From positions 62,001 through 126,000 of IMG/VR virus record IMGVR_UViG_3300008110_010000: a stretch of 64,000 nucleotides of DNA. One strand, given 5' to 3'. The translations under genes and the position numbers were made by a program. Below are positions 7,618 through 17,203 of the stretch, in pieces (the stretch's first letter is position 1; every line of letters begins with the position of its first letter). The notes below the pieces were generated by a model. The model saw only the letters and a program-made list of their open reading frames with translations. It had not been told where the DNA came from and did not search any database.

Positions 7618-9186
7618 CTAGATTTCTTTCATTAAAGATCTATATCTGTTCACAAATGGTGTTACATATTGTTCTAGAGAGGTATCACCCAAATAGTTTT
7701 TGATTTCCGGATGAGTTCTTTTTGCCATGTTTAATGCACTCATAGCTAATTCTCCTGTGTTTAAATCTGTTAGATATGTTATAAAATTAGTGAATTCATC
7801 TTTTGTTAACTGTTGTCCGTTTTTGTATTTGGATGCTAAGTACATGATGCTATAGCCTTTTCTCAGATCAACTCTTCCAGTATTAGAACTCATTGGAAGT
7901 TTTACTGTTTCATCGCTAGGATCCGTAAATATCTTTTCTATTCTATTAACTGGCCAAACCTTCATCGTTTCAAGGAAATCTGTAATAATTGATGATACTT
8001 TTTTACCAATGTGTTTATCGAAGATAAGTCTGGTAGTTTCTGCTGAGATATCCCCTCCTTTTTCTTTTTGTGCGTCTCTCCTTTCTTTATATTCTCTAGC
8101 AGCATATTCCCATGCTCTTGGTGTAACACCCATTGTAGTTTCAATATCTCCTCCAACTAATCCGCTAGGTAAAACATAGAAATAATCCTGCATAAGTTCT
8201 ACAAATGCTATAACCTCGTCGCTTAGATCTGCTTCTTTTCTTCCCCTTGCCCATTTTGTCCAAGATACAGGATCGGAAATAAAATTGACTTGAGCAAATC
8301 TATTGGCTAGTGCGAAGCTCATTGGTTTAATCATAGATCCTGGTTCATCCTCCGGTCTATTTGCTGCAGCTAGAATTAGCCATTTGCTAGGAATTTTATA
8401 ATTAGCACTTGTGATTTCTCTGTCCAAAACAACTTTGAGCATTGCCGCTTGAACCGATGGGTGTGCTCTGTTAATCTCGTCTAAGAATATAATTCCACCC
8501 TTCCCCTCGATTTTTTCTATAGTGCCATCTTCCCTCTTGATTTCTCGGTCTCCGTTATCTAAAGGCCAAATCATTGGTAAATAATTTACTGATCTTTTTA
8601 CGTCGTAATCTACATCCTTTTCAGCACCAGGTAATCCGGCAACATCCGTCGGTTCCATTAAACTTAGAATTACCTCGATAACAGGAACACCCATTCCCTT
8701 AGTCCCAAAAGATTTTACCACGGAGGTTTTACCAATTCCTGGTGCTCCCCAAATTAATAATGGTCTACCAGTTTCTGGTTTCTGGAAGTGATATGATAGT
8801 TCCCCCGTTAACTGATCAGCATCAACGTCAGTTATTTGAGAGTCTTGGGTCTTTTGAGCAGTTTTCCAAGATGGATCATCAGATTCTTTAATTGAAGAAA
8901 TCGATCCGGATCTAAAGTTATACGAACTGCCAGCATCACCCTCTGGAAGGTAAACCTTTACAACACTCCGTGCTTTTGCTATATTACCATTTGCGTCTTT
9001 GAATTGTTCGAACCTTCCAGTCTCCGGATTGTATTTTTTGTCTCTAACTGGAATTTCCCCTTCCTTTTCTGCACGGATTAAATTCATTAGCCAGTTTCCT
9101 GCTTTTTTTAGTAATTCTGCTCCCCTGGAAAATATCCCAGCTTCATTAAGTCTATTAAACTCTTGAAATCCTTTGATTCTTTTCAT
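7618..9186 (-). CDS. MoxR-like AAA+ ATPase
   Basis: GAPGIGKT Walker A, IFLDEINRA Walker B, AANR, ALANRF, TPRAW. Confidence 0.88.
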   Translation of the reverse strand: MKRIKGFQEFNRLNEAGIFSRGAELLKKAGNWLMNLIRAEKEGEIPVRDKKYNPETGRFEQFKDANGNIAKARSVVKVYLPEGDAGSSYNFRSGSISSIKESDDPSWKTAQKTQDSQITDVDADQLTGELSYHFQKPETGRPLLIWGAPGIGKTSVVKSFGTKGMGVPVIEVILSLMEPTDVAGLPGAEKDVDYDVKRSVNYLPMIWPLDNGDREIKREDGTIEKIEGKGGIIFLDEINRAHPSVQAAMLKVVLDREITSANYKIPSKWLILAAANRPEDEPGSMIKPMSFALANRFAQVNFISDPVSWTKWARGRKEADLSDEVIAFVELMQDYFYVLPSGLVGGDIETTMGVTPRAWEYAAREYKERRDAQKEKGGDISAETTRLIFDKHIGKKVSSIITDFLETMKVWPVNRIEKIFTDPSDETVKLPMSSNTGRVDLRKGYSIMYLASKYKNGQQLTKDEFTNFITYLTDLNTGELAMSALNMAKRTHPEIKNYLGDTSLEQYVTPFVNRYRSLMKEI

Positions 9187-9200
9187 TTTTTTATTTTTTT

Positions 9201-10022
9201 TTAATCCTCGAAAAATCCTGCTGATTTGAGATCGCCAAGATTGTCTATAGTTTGTGCTACGTTTTCTGTTCCTTTTTCTTTTGCAAGATTTGAAATCATA
9301 TCAAAAACACCTTCTGAGAAATTTAATGCAACAAAGTCTCCGGGCTTTTGATTAAAGAGATCTAATAATTCCTGAGTTACATCAAATTCCGGTTCCTGCA
9401 TCTCTTTGGGATTTGCAAATTTTAAACCGATGTCCTCGGAAGATGCCGCAAAAAGTTTTTTAATTGTTTCTATCTGGAAATCCATTCCTCCATAAAATGA
9501 GAATTGTAAAGCCTTGTTAGTTTCGAATCCGTTTGCAATTTTTTTTCTGATGTTCTTTACTACTTCTTCGTCCCATCCTTGTTTTTTCATTAGAATTTCA
9601 AGTATCAATGCGTTACCAGATTTAAAATAAAAAGCAACATTTTGACCAAATCCAGGGATCTCAGAAAAAATTGAAGCCTTTCCTGTTAGTGATCCCGACA
9701 CCATATCAGCTGGAGAATTCATTACCGTATATCCATCCTGATTTGCGCTTCTACTATATGAAATACCTCCCTTAACTTCTGGAGTTTCTGATTTAAAATG
9801 CGGGCTATTAATAAATTGGGAGGTTTCCACAGTACATGGAACCAATACATATCCAGCTACCCCGCCAGTTCCTAAAAGTTCCGAAGGAAATTTGGTATCG
9901 GAGGTTGATAGATTTTTATCCACTGATTTGAAGTTTTTATCAACAGGAACAAATATAAAAGCGGAATGCGTTCCTATAAATCCTTCGTTGATAAACCCAG
10001 TAAAGTCTAAGATTCTTTTCAT
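9201..10022 (-). CDS. Hypothetical protein (start revised to 10022, MKRILDFTGFINE)
   Basis: ATG follows GATATATA at 10035-10028. Confidence 0.7.
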   Translation of the reverse strand: MKRILDFTGFINEGFIGTHSAFIFVPVDKNFKSVDKNLSTSDTKFPSELLGTGGVAGYVLVPCTVETSQFINSPHFKSETPEVKGGISYSRSANQDGYTVMNSPADMVSGSLTGKASIFSEIPGFGQNVAFYFKSGNALILEILMKKQGWDEEVVKNIRKKIANGFETNKALQFSFYGGMDFQIETIKKLFAASSEDIGLKFANPKEMQEPEFDVTQELLDLFNQKPGDFVALNFSEGVFDMISNLAKEKGTENVAQTIDNLGDLKSAGFFED

Positions 10023-10103
10023 TTTTTTATATATCAAAAAAATAAAGCCCACATCTGAAATATTTTTGGAAATTTCTCATAAAATGATCATATAAACACG
10101 ATA

Positions 10104-10880
10104 ATGAAGACTTTCGGGAAATTTAGCGCTGCAATTGATTGGACAAAATCTAAAATGTCTGATTATTGCTATGAGGTTCACACAGAAAAGTGGCAAGGCA
10201 AGAGAATTAAGGAGGACCTAAGATTCACTATGATTGAAATTCTCAATCATTCTTTCTCCTGCACAATGGTGGAGGATTTAGATGAATTGGTTAGCCAAAT
10301 AAAGCCAAATCTCCCTTGGGCTGATGATCATTTTCTAGAAAGAGTCGGGGGTAAACCCTTAAATCCTCCTCCTTCTCATAACTGGTGGCCTTTCGCACAG
10401 AAGAACAATCAAGAATTCGGGGGAACCACTAAATTTTCCCATACATATCCTGAAAGAATATGGCCTAGATACGCTAAGGATGATCCCAATCATTTAATGG
10501 AGGGAATTAGATTCGAGTATGGTGATTTTAATATGGTAGTGGATCTTTTAGAAAAGGAGCCATCAACTAGACAGGCCTTTCTTCCAATTTGGTTCCCAGA
10601 GGATACTGGGGGTGCAAACGGAGAAAGAGTTCCTTGTACTATTGGATATCACTTTATCATGAGGCATGGATACATGCATGTTGTTTACTATATAAGATCC
10701 TGTGATTTCTTCAGACACTTTAGAGATGACATTTATCTGTGTTGCAGAAAAGTACTTTGGCTTCTTGAAAGACTAAGGGAAAGGGATTCTTTCTGGAAAG
10801 ATGTTAAACCTGGTATGTTTACCATGCATATCACCTCCTTGCACGCATTCAAAAGTGAAAAATACCTACTTTCCAAGTAG
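10104..10880 (+). CDS. Thymidylate synthase-superfamily protein, probable dCMP-modifying enzyme
   Basis: TRQA, VPC catalytic Cys, RSCD, SLH; Asp at the position of E. coli ThyA N177. Confidence 0.75.
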   Translation: MKTFGKFSAAIDWTKSKMSDYCYEVHTEKWQGKRIKEDLRFTMIEILNHSFSCTMVEDLDELVSQIKPNLPWADDHFLERVGGKPLNPPPSHNWWPFAQKNNQEFGGTTKFSHTYPERIWPRYAKDDPNHLMEGIRFEYGDFNMVVDLLEKEPSTRQAFLPIWFPEDTGGANGERVPCTIGYHFIMRHGYMHVVYYIRSCDFFRHFRDDIYLCCRKVLWLLERLRERDSFWKDVKPGMFTMHITSLHAFKSEKYLLSK

Positions 10881-10965
10881 GAATTGCATTTTTATTTCCT
10901 GAAATTTCCTGTTAGATTTACACTAATAATTAGACAACTTTTATTTTTTACTAAAAAATCAGGAA

Positions 10966-11463
10966 ATGACAGAGGAAAATAATAAAAAACCCCCTAGCTA
11001 TCTAAGGGCTTCTTTAAAAACAGGAAAGCCTGTTCTTTATATTGATATGGACGGGGTTCTCTGTGATTTCGATAAAAGACAGGAAGAGCTATCAGCCAGA
11101 GGAATCAAGCAATATCAAGCTTTCAACCATACCCTTGCTTTTAAAGATTTGGATCCAATCCCTGGGGCAATAGAAGCATGGCACGCTTTGCAAGAAAAAT
11201 ATGATGCATACATTCTTTCTACTGCTATGTGGTCAAATGTGGAAGCCTGGACAGATAAAAGGGTTTGGGTTCAGAAATATCTAGGAAAAAGTGCCAATAA
11301 AAAATTAATACTTTCTCATAATAAGGGATTGCTAAGAGGTGAATATTTGATAGATGACCGTGTAGCTAATGGTGTTGCAGATTTTGAAGGAGAGCATATC
11401 CACTTTAGAACCGAAAAATTCCCAACGTGGAATGAAGTTTTACAATACTTGCTAACCAAATAA
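10966..11463 (+). CDS. HAD-family 5'(3')-deoxyribonucleotidase (NT5C-like)
   Basis: IDMDGVL, ILST, K..W, LIDD. Confidence 0.85.
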   Translation: MTEENNKKPPSYLRASLKTGKPVLYIDMDGVLCDFDKRQEELSARGIKQYQAFNHTLAFKDLDPIPGAIEAWHALQEKYDAYILSTAMWSNVEAWTDKRVWVQKYLGKSANKKLILSHNKGLLRGEYLIDDRVANGVADFEGEHIHFRTEKFPTWNEVLQYLLTK

Positions 11464-11466
11464 AAC

Positions 11467-11889
11467 ATGTTTACCAAATTGAAAGGCAGGATCTGGTTCA
11501 AGATCAAAAGATATATTTCTAAAAGAAGAAGTAAGGACCTCAAATCTGCTTTTAAAACTCTTTATAGCAATCAATCTAAAATAATTGAGATTGCAAATTA
11601 TATAATGTCACACCCAGACACAAAATTTATTTATTCTGCTCTTTCACATTCCATGTACATGGAATTGCGAGATGTTACATGTAAAATAGAAAAAGAAAGC
11701 ATCGTGATAACAAATGGGCTTTATTCTTATAACATCAGTGTTAACGAAGTCATACTTTTTGACTTTTCTAAAAAATATTTAAACCATCTTGAGTCTAGAA
11801 AAAGATCTGCTGACAAAAAAATGGTAGATAAGCTAACATCTTCTCTCGGAAAGGTTCACGAGCAATTGATACAAAAGGATAAGCTCTAG
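11467..11889 (+). CDS. Hypothetical protein
   Basis: ORF in operon context. Confidence 0.65.
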   Translation: MFTKLKGRIWFKIKRYISKRRSKDLKSAFKTLYSNQSKIIEIANYIMSHPDTKFIYSALSHSMYMELRDVTCKIEKESIVITNGLYSYNISVNEVILFDFSKKYLNHLESRKRSADKKMVDKLTSSLGKVHEQLIQKDKL

Positions 11890-12021
11890 AAACTTCCTTA
11901 ATTTACTTTCATATATACATTTGATTTAGAGACTTAACTCTAAGTTGCTTCCGGGTCTACCAGCCTTGGAGTGTCTTCACGAGGGACACAAAGGAAGTTG
12001 CTAAATATAAGTGAACAAATC

Positions 12022-12813
12022 ATGTATATCACTTCAACAAGTGGGTACTGCGCTATTAAGCCGTGTGTTGCCCAAATTACAAAAAAGAAAAACCGACTAA
12101 AGGTTTATCCATCTTCAAAAGATCAAGTTTATCTGAATGATGGCGAAGAATTCGAGATTGAACTTTTCAATCCGAAAACAAATCCAGTTTTAGCTAAGAT
12201 TAGTATCAACGGAAAAAGAATCTCGGAAAGAGGTATTATTCTTAATCCAGGACAAAGGGTCTTCCTAGAGAGATTCTTAGATTCCCCAGAGAAATTCAAA
12301 TTCTCAACTTACAAGGTAAATAATTCTCAAGAGGTTAAAGAAGCCATTGCCAATAATGGCTTAATTAAAATTGAGTTTTATGATGAATACACCACGTTCT
12401 CTACCTCTGGTGGAAATACATGGATAACAAATCCACGTTTTAATGGAACCGGAACAACTACAGGAGGGTGGGTAAATACCACAACCAGCACTTTTTATAA
12501 TGCAAACGTTTCCTACACCTCAAGTGTTGCTGGAAGCTTAAATATACCAACCAATGAGGTTTTTAGAAATGTTAATAAAAGGGCAGATTCCATAGAAACA
12601 GGGAGGGTGGAAGCTGGATCTAAATCGGATCAGGACTTTAAAGATGCCAACGGTAGTTTTAATTCTTGGACGTGCAACGTTGTAGAATATCAAATTCTTC
12701 CAACTGCACAAAAGAATATAGAGGCTAAAGAGATTCGAACCTACTGCACAGAATGTGGAACAAGAAACAGACAGGACTGGAAATTTTGTCCAACCTGTGG
12801 TAATAAATTTTAA
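12022..12813 (+). CDS. Hypothetical protein with C-terminal zinc ribbon (start revised to ATG 12022)
   Basis: CTECG...FCPTCG; the track's GTG start lies in a structured leader. Confidence 0.7.
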   Translation: MYITSTSGYCAIKPCVAQITKKKNRLKVYPSSKDQVYLNDGEEFEIELFNPKTNPVLAKISINGKRISERGIILNPGQRVFLERFLDSPEKFKFSTYKVNNSQEVKEAIANNGLIKIEFYDEYTTFSTSGGNTWITNPRFNGTGTTTGGWVNTTTSTFYNANVSYTSSVAGSLNIPTNEVFRNVNKRADSIETGRVEAGSKSDQDFKDANGSFNSWTCNVVEYQILPTAQKNIEAKEIRTYCTECGTRNRQDWKFCPTCGNKF

Positions 12814-12835
12814 TTAATGATTTAACTCGTGATAG

Positions 12836-12861
12836 AAGATCCGCTGAAAGGCGGATTTTTT
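12836..12861 (+). terminator. Intrinsic terminator
   Basis: GATCCGCT-GAAA-GGCGGATT followed by a T run. Confidence 0.8.
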
Positions 12862-13534
12862 ATGATGTCTGGATTGGAACCGCCTTTATAAACTGCTCCC
12901 AGTTTTCTTCTGCGGTAGAAGCTATTCTCGGATCTGTACCGGAAACTGCTTCAGATCCCTTTCCTCCGGGTACTAGCCACTGACCCCATTTGGTTAAAGC
13001 TTTACCCTCAGTTCTTGCGGTAAATATCTTCCCCATCATACCGACCTTTTTACCTGCAGAAAGATCCTTCAAAGCTAGTATCATGTTATCAGTGTACTTT
13101 CCTATTCCCTTAAACTTAGATGTAAATTCTGCGCTCTTAAGAAACCTAGTAATCTTAGGGAAAAATTTGGAAACTAACGAGGCTACAGGAGCAAGCATTT
13201 TTGATCCTATTTTTCCTGTTCCCCTTAAGGTTTTTATTAGGAGTGAACCCCCTGCCCCGATATATTGTCCAAAAATTGGAATTAATCCTATCGCGCAAAG
13301 TCCAGCTAAAAGATATTCCCCCTGCTTAGCATAAGATACTAAATTTATCCCCTCGAAAAAAGATCCAATTCCTGGTATCAGTGCCGCAAAGTCAAACACT
13401 GTATTATACCAATATTCAAAAAGCTCATCACTAGATTCTAGCATAATAAGGCTTTCTGTTATTTGATCCTCAGTAAAAACAAACTCTTTTACTAGAGAAC
13501 TGCGATAATCACTATATCTGGCCAAAAATTCCAT
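12860..13534 (-). CDS. Hypothetical protein with pre-toxin-TG-like hydrophobic hairpin (start revised to 13534)
   Basis: DFAALIPGIG...AIGLIPIFG; GATATATA at 13547-13540. Confidence 0.6.
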   Translation of the reverse strand: MEFLARYSDYRSSLVKEFVFTEDQITESLIMLESSDELFEYWYNTVFDFAALIPGIGSFFEGINLVSYAKQGEYLLAGLCAIGLIPIFGQYIGAGGSLLIKTLRGTGKIGSKMLAPVASLVSKFFPKITRFLKSAEFTSKFKGIGKYTDNMILALKDLSAGKKVGMMGKIFTARTEGKALTKWGQWLVPGGKGSEAVSGTDPRIASTAEENWEQFIKAVPIQTS

Positions 13535-13604
13535 ACCTTTATATATCAAAAGTTACATTTTTATCTTCGGGGAAAAACTCTTATTTTTACAACAAATTTA
13601 AAAG

Positions 13605-13835
13605 ATGGAAAATTTTGAAAAAATCCTGGGTGAAGAACAATTTGAGGTCGAGATCGATTCTCAAATAAATGTTGCATATAACAATATGTATAGCTGTTTT
13701 ATGCTGGGGGATCCAGTTAGAATTGCTAGAAAGATAGGTACTAAAAGCGAGATAGGAGAAATGCTAGACTATTTTTCTTCTCGTGAAGAATATGAAAAGT
13801 GCCATTTTCTTTCTAAGATCCTGGAAAAAATTTAA
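13605..13835 (+). CDS. Small hypothetical protein with UVR-like C-terminal motif
   Basis: EEYEKC motif; class I promoter upstream. Confidence 0.6.
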   Translation: MENFEKILGEEQFEVEIDSQINVAYNNMYSCFMLGDPVRIARKIGTKSEIGEMLDYFSSREEYEKCHFLSKILEKI

Positions 13836-13905
13836 AAATAGCCTCTTTTTTAGAGGAAATTTACCATGGGAAGAATATATAAAGACAGAAATATAACATA
13901 TTACT

Positions 13906-14271
13906 ATGCAGAACCTAAAACAAATGGAAGATTATAAAAAGGAAAGAATGTCTAAATCCCCTGTTGATGAAGCTCCTGTTGCTGATGATAATCTAGGCAT
14001 GGAAGACACTGAGGACGGAGAAGATATGGATATGGACTTTGCGGAAGAGCCAACTTTCTCACAAGAGGTTCCTGGACAAATAGAAATAGAGCCGAGTGAA
14101 GCTAAGCCCTATATGGTATTAGCAAATTTGAAGAAAATATGCGACCAGGCTAATCAACTAGTTTCTATGGTTCAAAGTTCTGGTAAAGTTGAGCAATGGG
14201 CAGTTGACCACATTACTACTTCGGCAGACGATATTGAGGAGGTTTATAACTATTACAAATACAGAGATTAA
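13906..14271 (+). CDS. Acidic hypothetical protein
   Basis: ORF after AATATATA, followed by a terminator. Confidence 0.7.
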   Translation: MQNLKQMEDYKKERMSKSPVDEAPVADDNLGMEDTEDGEDMDMDFAEEPTFSQEVPGQIEIEPSEAKPYMVLANLKKICDQANQLVSMVQSSGKVEQWAVDHITTSADDIEEVYNYYKYRD

Positions 14272-14293
14272 AAATATCTTACCTAATAATTAG

Positions 14294-14320
14294 AAGCCTC
14301 GGAAACCCCGGGGCTTTTTT
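14294..14320 (+). terminator. Intrinsic terminator
   Basis: AAGCCTCGG-AAACC-CCGGGGCTT followed by a T run. Confidence 0.75.
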
Positions 14321-14346
14321 ATTGTATAATAAATTAAAAATAAACC

Positions 14347-14616
14347 ATGGCTGACAAGAATTTTAGGAGAGTTAAGGACATTAGCCCAGATCTAGAAATT
14401 TACTACAGAAAGTATTTTGAAAGAAACGCTACCAAGTTTATCTGGAAATGGAATCTTAAGATGGCTGATCTCGAAGATACCTGGATTAGCGAGGATATTG
14501 AATACTCAATAATCGGACAGGTCAGCGAGCACACATTCATATTAAAAAGACTAGATGAAAATTCTAGATGGTTCGTTTCAGGAGAAAAGTTCGTAAGGGA
14601 TTTCTCTAAAAAATAA
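14347..14616 (+). CDS. Hypothetical protein
   Basis: ORF after a class II promoter. Confidence 0.6.
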   Translation: MADKNFRRVKDISPDLEIYYRKYFERNATKFIWKWNLKMADLEDTWISEDIEYSIIGQVSEHTFILKRLDENSRWFVSGEKFVRDFSKK

Positions 14617-14624
14617 AGGGGAAT

Positions 14625-15083
14625 ATGACAAGAGAATTTAAAAAGATCGGTGGGGAAAATGTAGCTGATCTATTATTATATGCAAAGGAAATTCTGGCAA
14701 AAAACCCAGATTCTAAAATACATGTGGGTTGTGATAGCCAGTCATATGCAACAAAAACAGTTTATGTTACAACAGTTGTCTTTAGGTACGAAAACAGAGG
14801 AGCTCATGTAATTTATCAAAGAGAGGTAATCCCAAGGGTAAAGGATCTTTGGTCTAAACTCTGGGGCGAACTTAACAGAGCTATTGATGTTGCGGGATAT
14901 TTGAAATTCGAGGGAAAAATTGATATTCACCAGATAGATCTGGATTATAACACAAGCCCGAAATATAAGTCTAACATCGTTTTAAAAGCTGCAGTCGGAT
15001 ATGTTGAAAGCATGGGATATAATTACGCTGTAAAACCCGAAACCCTTATCGCAATCAGTGCAGCAAACGAGCTTTGCCGCTGA
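14625..15083 (+). CDS. RNase H-like YkuK/DUF458 family protein
   Basis: VGCDSQ, KLWGE, DLDYN, VKP...AA motifs. Confidence 0.75.
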   Translation: MTREFKKIGGENVADLLLYAKEILAKNPDSKIHVGCDSQSYATKTVYVTTVVFRYENRGAHVIYQREVIPRVKDLWSKLWGELNRAIDVAGYLKFEGKIDIHQIDLDYNTSPKYKSNIVLKAAVGYVESMGYNYAVKPETLIAISAANELCR

Positions 15084-15129
15084 AACCAAAGAACATTTTA
15101 GATATATAAGACTTAAATTAATCAAAAAC

Positions 15130-15324
15130 ATGAAAAAAATCTTAGGAATTTTCGCATTATCTTTTGCTTTAGTTTCTTGTGGTTCTGGATCTTCTAATTC
15201 AGAATCTACAGTAGATTCTACCGCAGTGCAAGTTGATTCTTTAGCAGTAACTGCAAATGACTCAACAACGGCTCAAATCCCAACTGAAGAAGCACCAGCT
15301 GAACCAGTAGAACAAGTGAAATAA
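15130..15324 (+). CDS. Small lipoprotein
   Basis: MKK, hydrophobic core, LVS-C lipobox; DST/DSL/DST sequons. Confidence 0.8.
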   Translation: MKKILGIFALSFALVSCGSGSSNSESTVDSTAVQVDSLAVTANDSTTAQIPTEEAPAEPVEQVK

Positions 15325-15346
15325 CTTGAAAGAATTTGAATAGAAG

Positions 15347-15371
15347 AAGCAGACGAGAGTCTGCTTTTTTT
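15347..15371 (+). terminator. Intrinsic terminator
   Basis: AAGCAGAC-GAGA-GTCTGCTT followed by a T run. Confidence 0.8.
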
Positions 15372-15394
15372 ATTGTCCATCAAAAAATATCAAA

Positions 15395-15700
15395 ATGAAA
15401 GACGTTTTTTATTCAAAAGGTTTTATTCCGGGGAGGATGATCAGCGGATCAAAATCCAGATACAGAGACTTGTATCCTGACAACGAGGTTTATTTTAATG
15501 CGAACGTGTTTGTTTTAGGAGAGGGGAAGATTTGGCACGGGGATTTAGACTTAACAAGGGATAAGGATTCTCTTAGGGAAATAGCTAGGGAAATCGGGAA
15601 AAATCTTTTTATTCTTAGTGAAATGGACGGGAGATTCGAAAATGAGAACAGAACAGATTCCGATATCATAAAATTTGCAGTCCATAAGGTGGAAATCTAA
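15395..15700 (+). CDS. Hypothetical protein
   Basis: 101-aa ORF. Confidence 0.65.
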   Translation: MKDVFYSKGFIPGRMISGSKSRYRDLYPDNEVYFNANVFVLGEGKIWHGDLDLTRDKDSLREIAREIGKNLFILSEMDGRFENENRTDSDIIKFAVHKVEI

Positions 15701-15739
15701 TATGGTTTCAGGTCTATAATATTAAATTAATTAGAAAAT

Positions 15740-16921
15740 ATGGCTAAAGAAAAATCAACATCCAAGAAAGAATTTTCATTCCTAGAACTCGATAAACAAC
15801 TTTCAAAAATAGAAGGGTTTGAAGCTGGTTCAATTTTAGAAGAAAATGAATTTTCCGAAGTTACTGAGTGGATAGGAACGGGAAATTACGTTTTAAATGC
15901 ACAGCTTTCCGGAAGTCTTTTTGGCGGAGTAGCTAATAACAGATCGATGGGAATAGCAGGCGATCCACAAACTGGAAAAAGCTTTCTTTGTATGAATATA
16001 GTAAGAGAATCACAAAAGCAAGGATATAATGTAATCTATTGTGATACAGAGGGAGCCATCGATAGATCAATGGCAAAGAAATTTGGAATTGACACCAACA
16101 CTGTAAGATATCAGCCAATTAAATCAATTTCAGATTTTAAAGTATTTGTTGCCAATCTGGTAGATCAGATTAAAAAACTTAGAAAAGATGGAGCAGATCC
16201 TAAAATTTTATTGGTTTTGGATTCTCTGGGGATGCTTACAACAATGAAAGAATCAGCAGATGCTTTAAAAGGTAAAACTGCAATGGATATGGGTATCAGA
16301 TCCAAAGAAATGAGAGGGCTATTCAGAGAGATCACATTAGATCTAACCGGAGTTAGAATTCCTTTAATTTGTACCAACCACACAACAACTGCTGGTATTG
16401 GAAGTTTTATGACGACCAAAGAAGCTTCCGGAGGTGACGGACCGATTTTCTCTATGAGTAATGTTATCATGCTATCGAAAGCACAGCTTAAGGATAGCAA
16501 CGATAAGAAAACCGGTATCATCGTTACATCGACTCCCAAGAAAACAAGATTTACAAGACCATATCCAACAAAATTCCACATTTCTTTTATCAATGGTATG
16601 AATCCGTATGTTGGTTTGGAAGAGTTTGTTTCTTGGGACATTTGTGGAATCGAAAGAGGAAAATTGGAGGTAGATAAAAAAACAGGCGAATTAGAATTCA
16701 CCGCTAGTGCATCTTCCACAAAATGGGCAATTGCTCATTTGGGTAAATCTATATTCTCTTCACAATTATTCACGCCTGAAGTCTTTACAGAAGAGGTTTT
16801 AAGAAAAATAGACGAAAAAGCAATTAAACCTCATTTCTTGTTGCCTGATTTATTCGACATGAATGAACTGGATGCTATAGTTAACGGTGAAGAATCAGAC
16901 GAAGAAGATGGACAAGAATAA
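15740..16921 (+). CDS. uvsX: RecA-like recombinase (T4 UvsX-like)
   Basis: GDPQTGKS Walker A, DTEGA, VLDSLG, TNH, SGG. Confidence 0.88.
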   Translation: MAKEKSTSKKEFSFLELDKQLSKIEGFEAGSILEENEFSEVTEWIGTGNYVLNAQLSGSLFGGVANNRSMGIAGDPQTGKSFLCMNIVRESQKQGYNVIYCDTEGAIDRSMAKKFGIDTNTVRYQPIKSISDFKVFVANLVDQIKKLRKDGADPKILLVLDSLGMLTTMKESADALKGKTAMDMGIRSKEMRGLFREITLDLTGVRIPLICTNHTTTAGIGSFMTTKEASGGDGPIFSMSNVIMLSKAQLKDSNDKKTGIIVTSTPKKTRFTRPYPTKFHISFINGMNPYVGLEEFVSWDICGIERGKLEVDKKTGELEFTASASSTKWAIAHLGKSIFSSQLFTPEVFTEEVLRKIDEKAIKPHFLLPDLFDMNELDAIVNGEESDEEDGQE

Positions 16922-17198
16922 ATTAAAGATGAAATATCACATGGGTATCTGGAAAGAACTTCCAGATTATCCACGTGAGGAAGATGTGATTTTTGAATTA
17001 AATTCTTATCTAGTTAGAGATGGTCGACCACAGGGAGAATTTTCAGAACAGACCTTCAATTCTTTTTTACCCAATGATTGGGAATCTAAAAAACACGGAG
17101 AAATAATAAAATCTTTGATCGAAAAGGGAATTTTTGAGCGACAGAAGTCTAAAGGAAATAAGACCGTTTATAAGATTAAAGATAACCCTCACTATTAA
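16908..17198 (+). CDS. Hypothetical protein, possibly winged-helix
   Basis: ORF between UvsX and helicase. Confidence 0.6.
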   Translation: MDKNKLKMKYHMGIWKELPDYPREEDVIFELNSYLVRDGRPQGEFSEQTFNSFLPNDWESKKHGEIIKSLIEKGIFERQKSKGNKTVYKIKDNPHY

Positions 17199-17203
17199 TA
17201 ATT

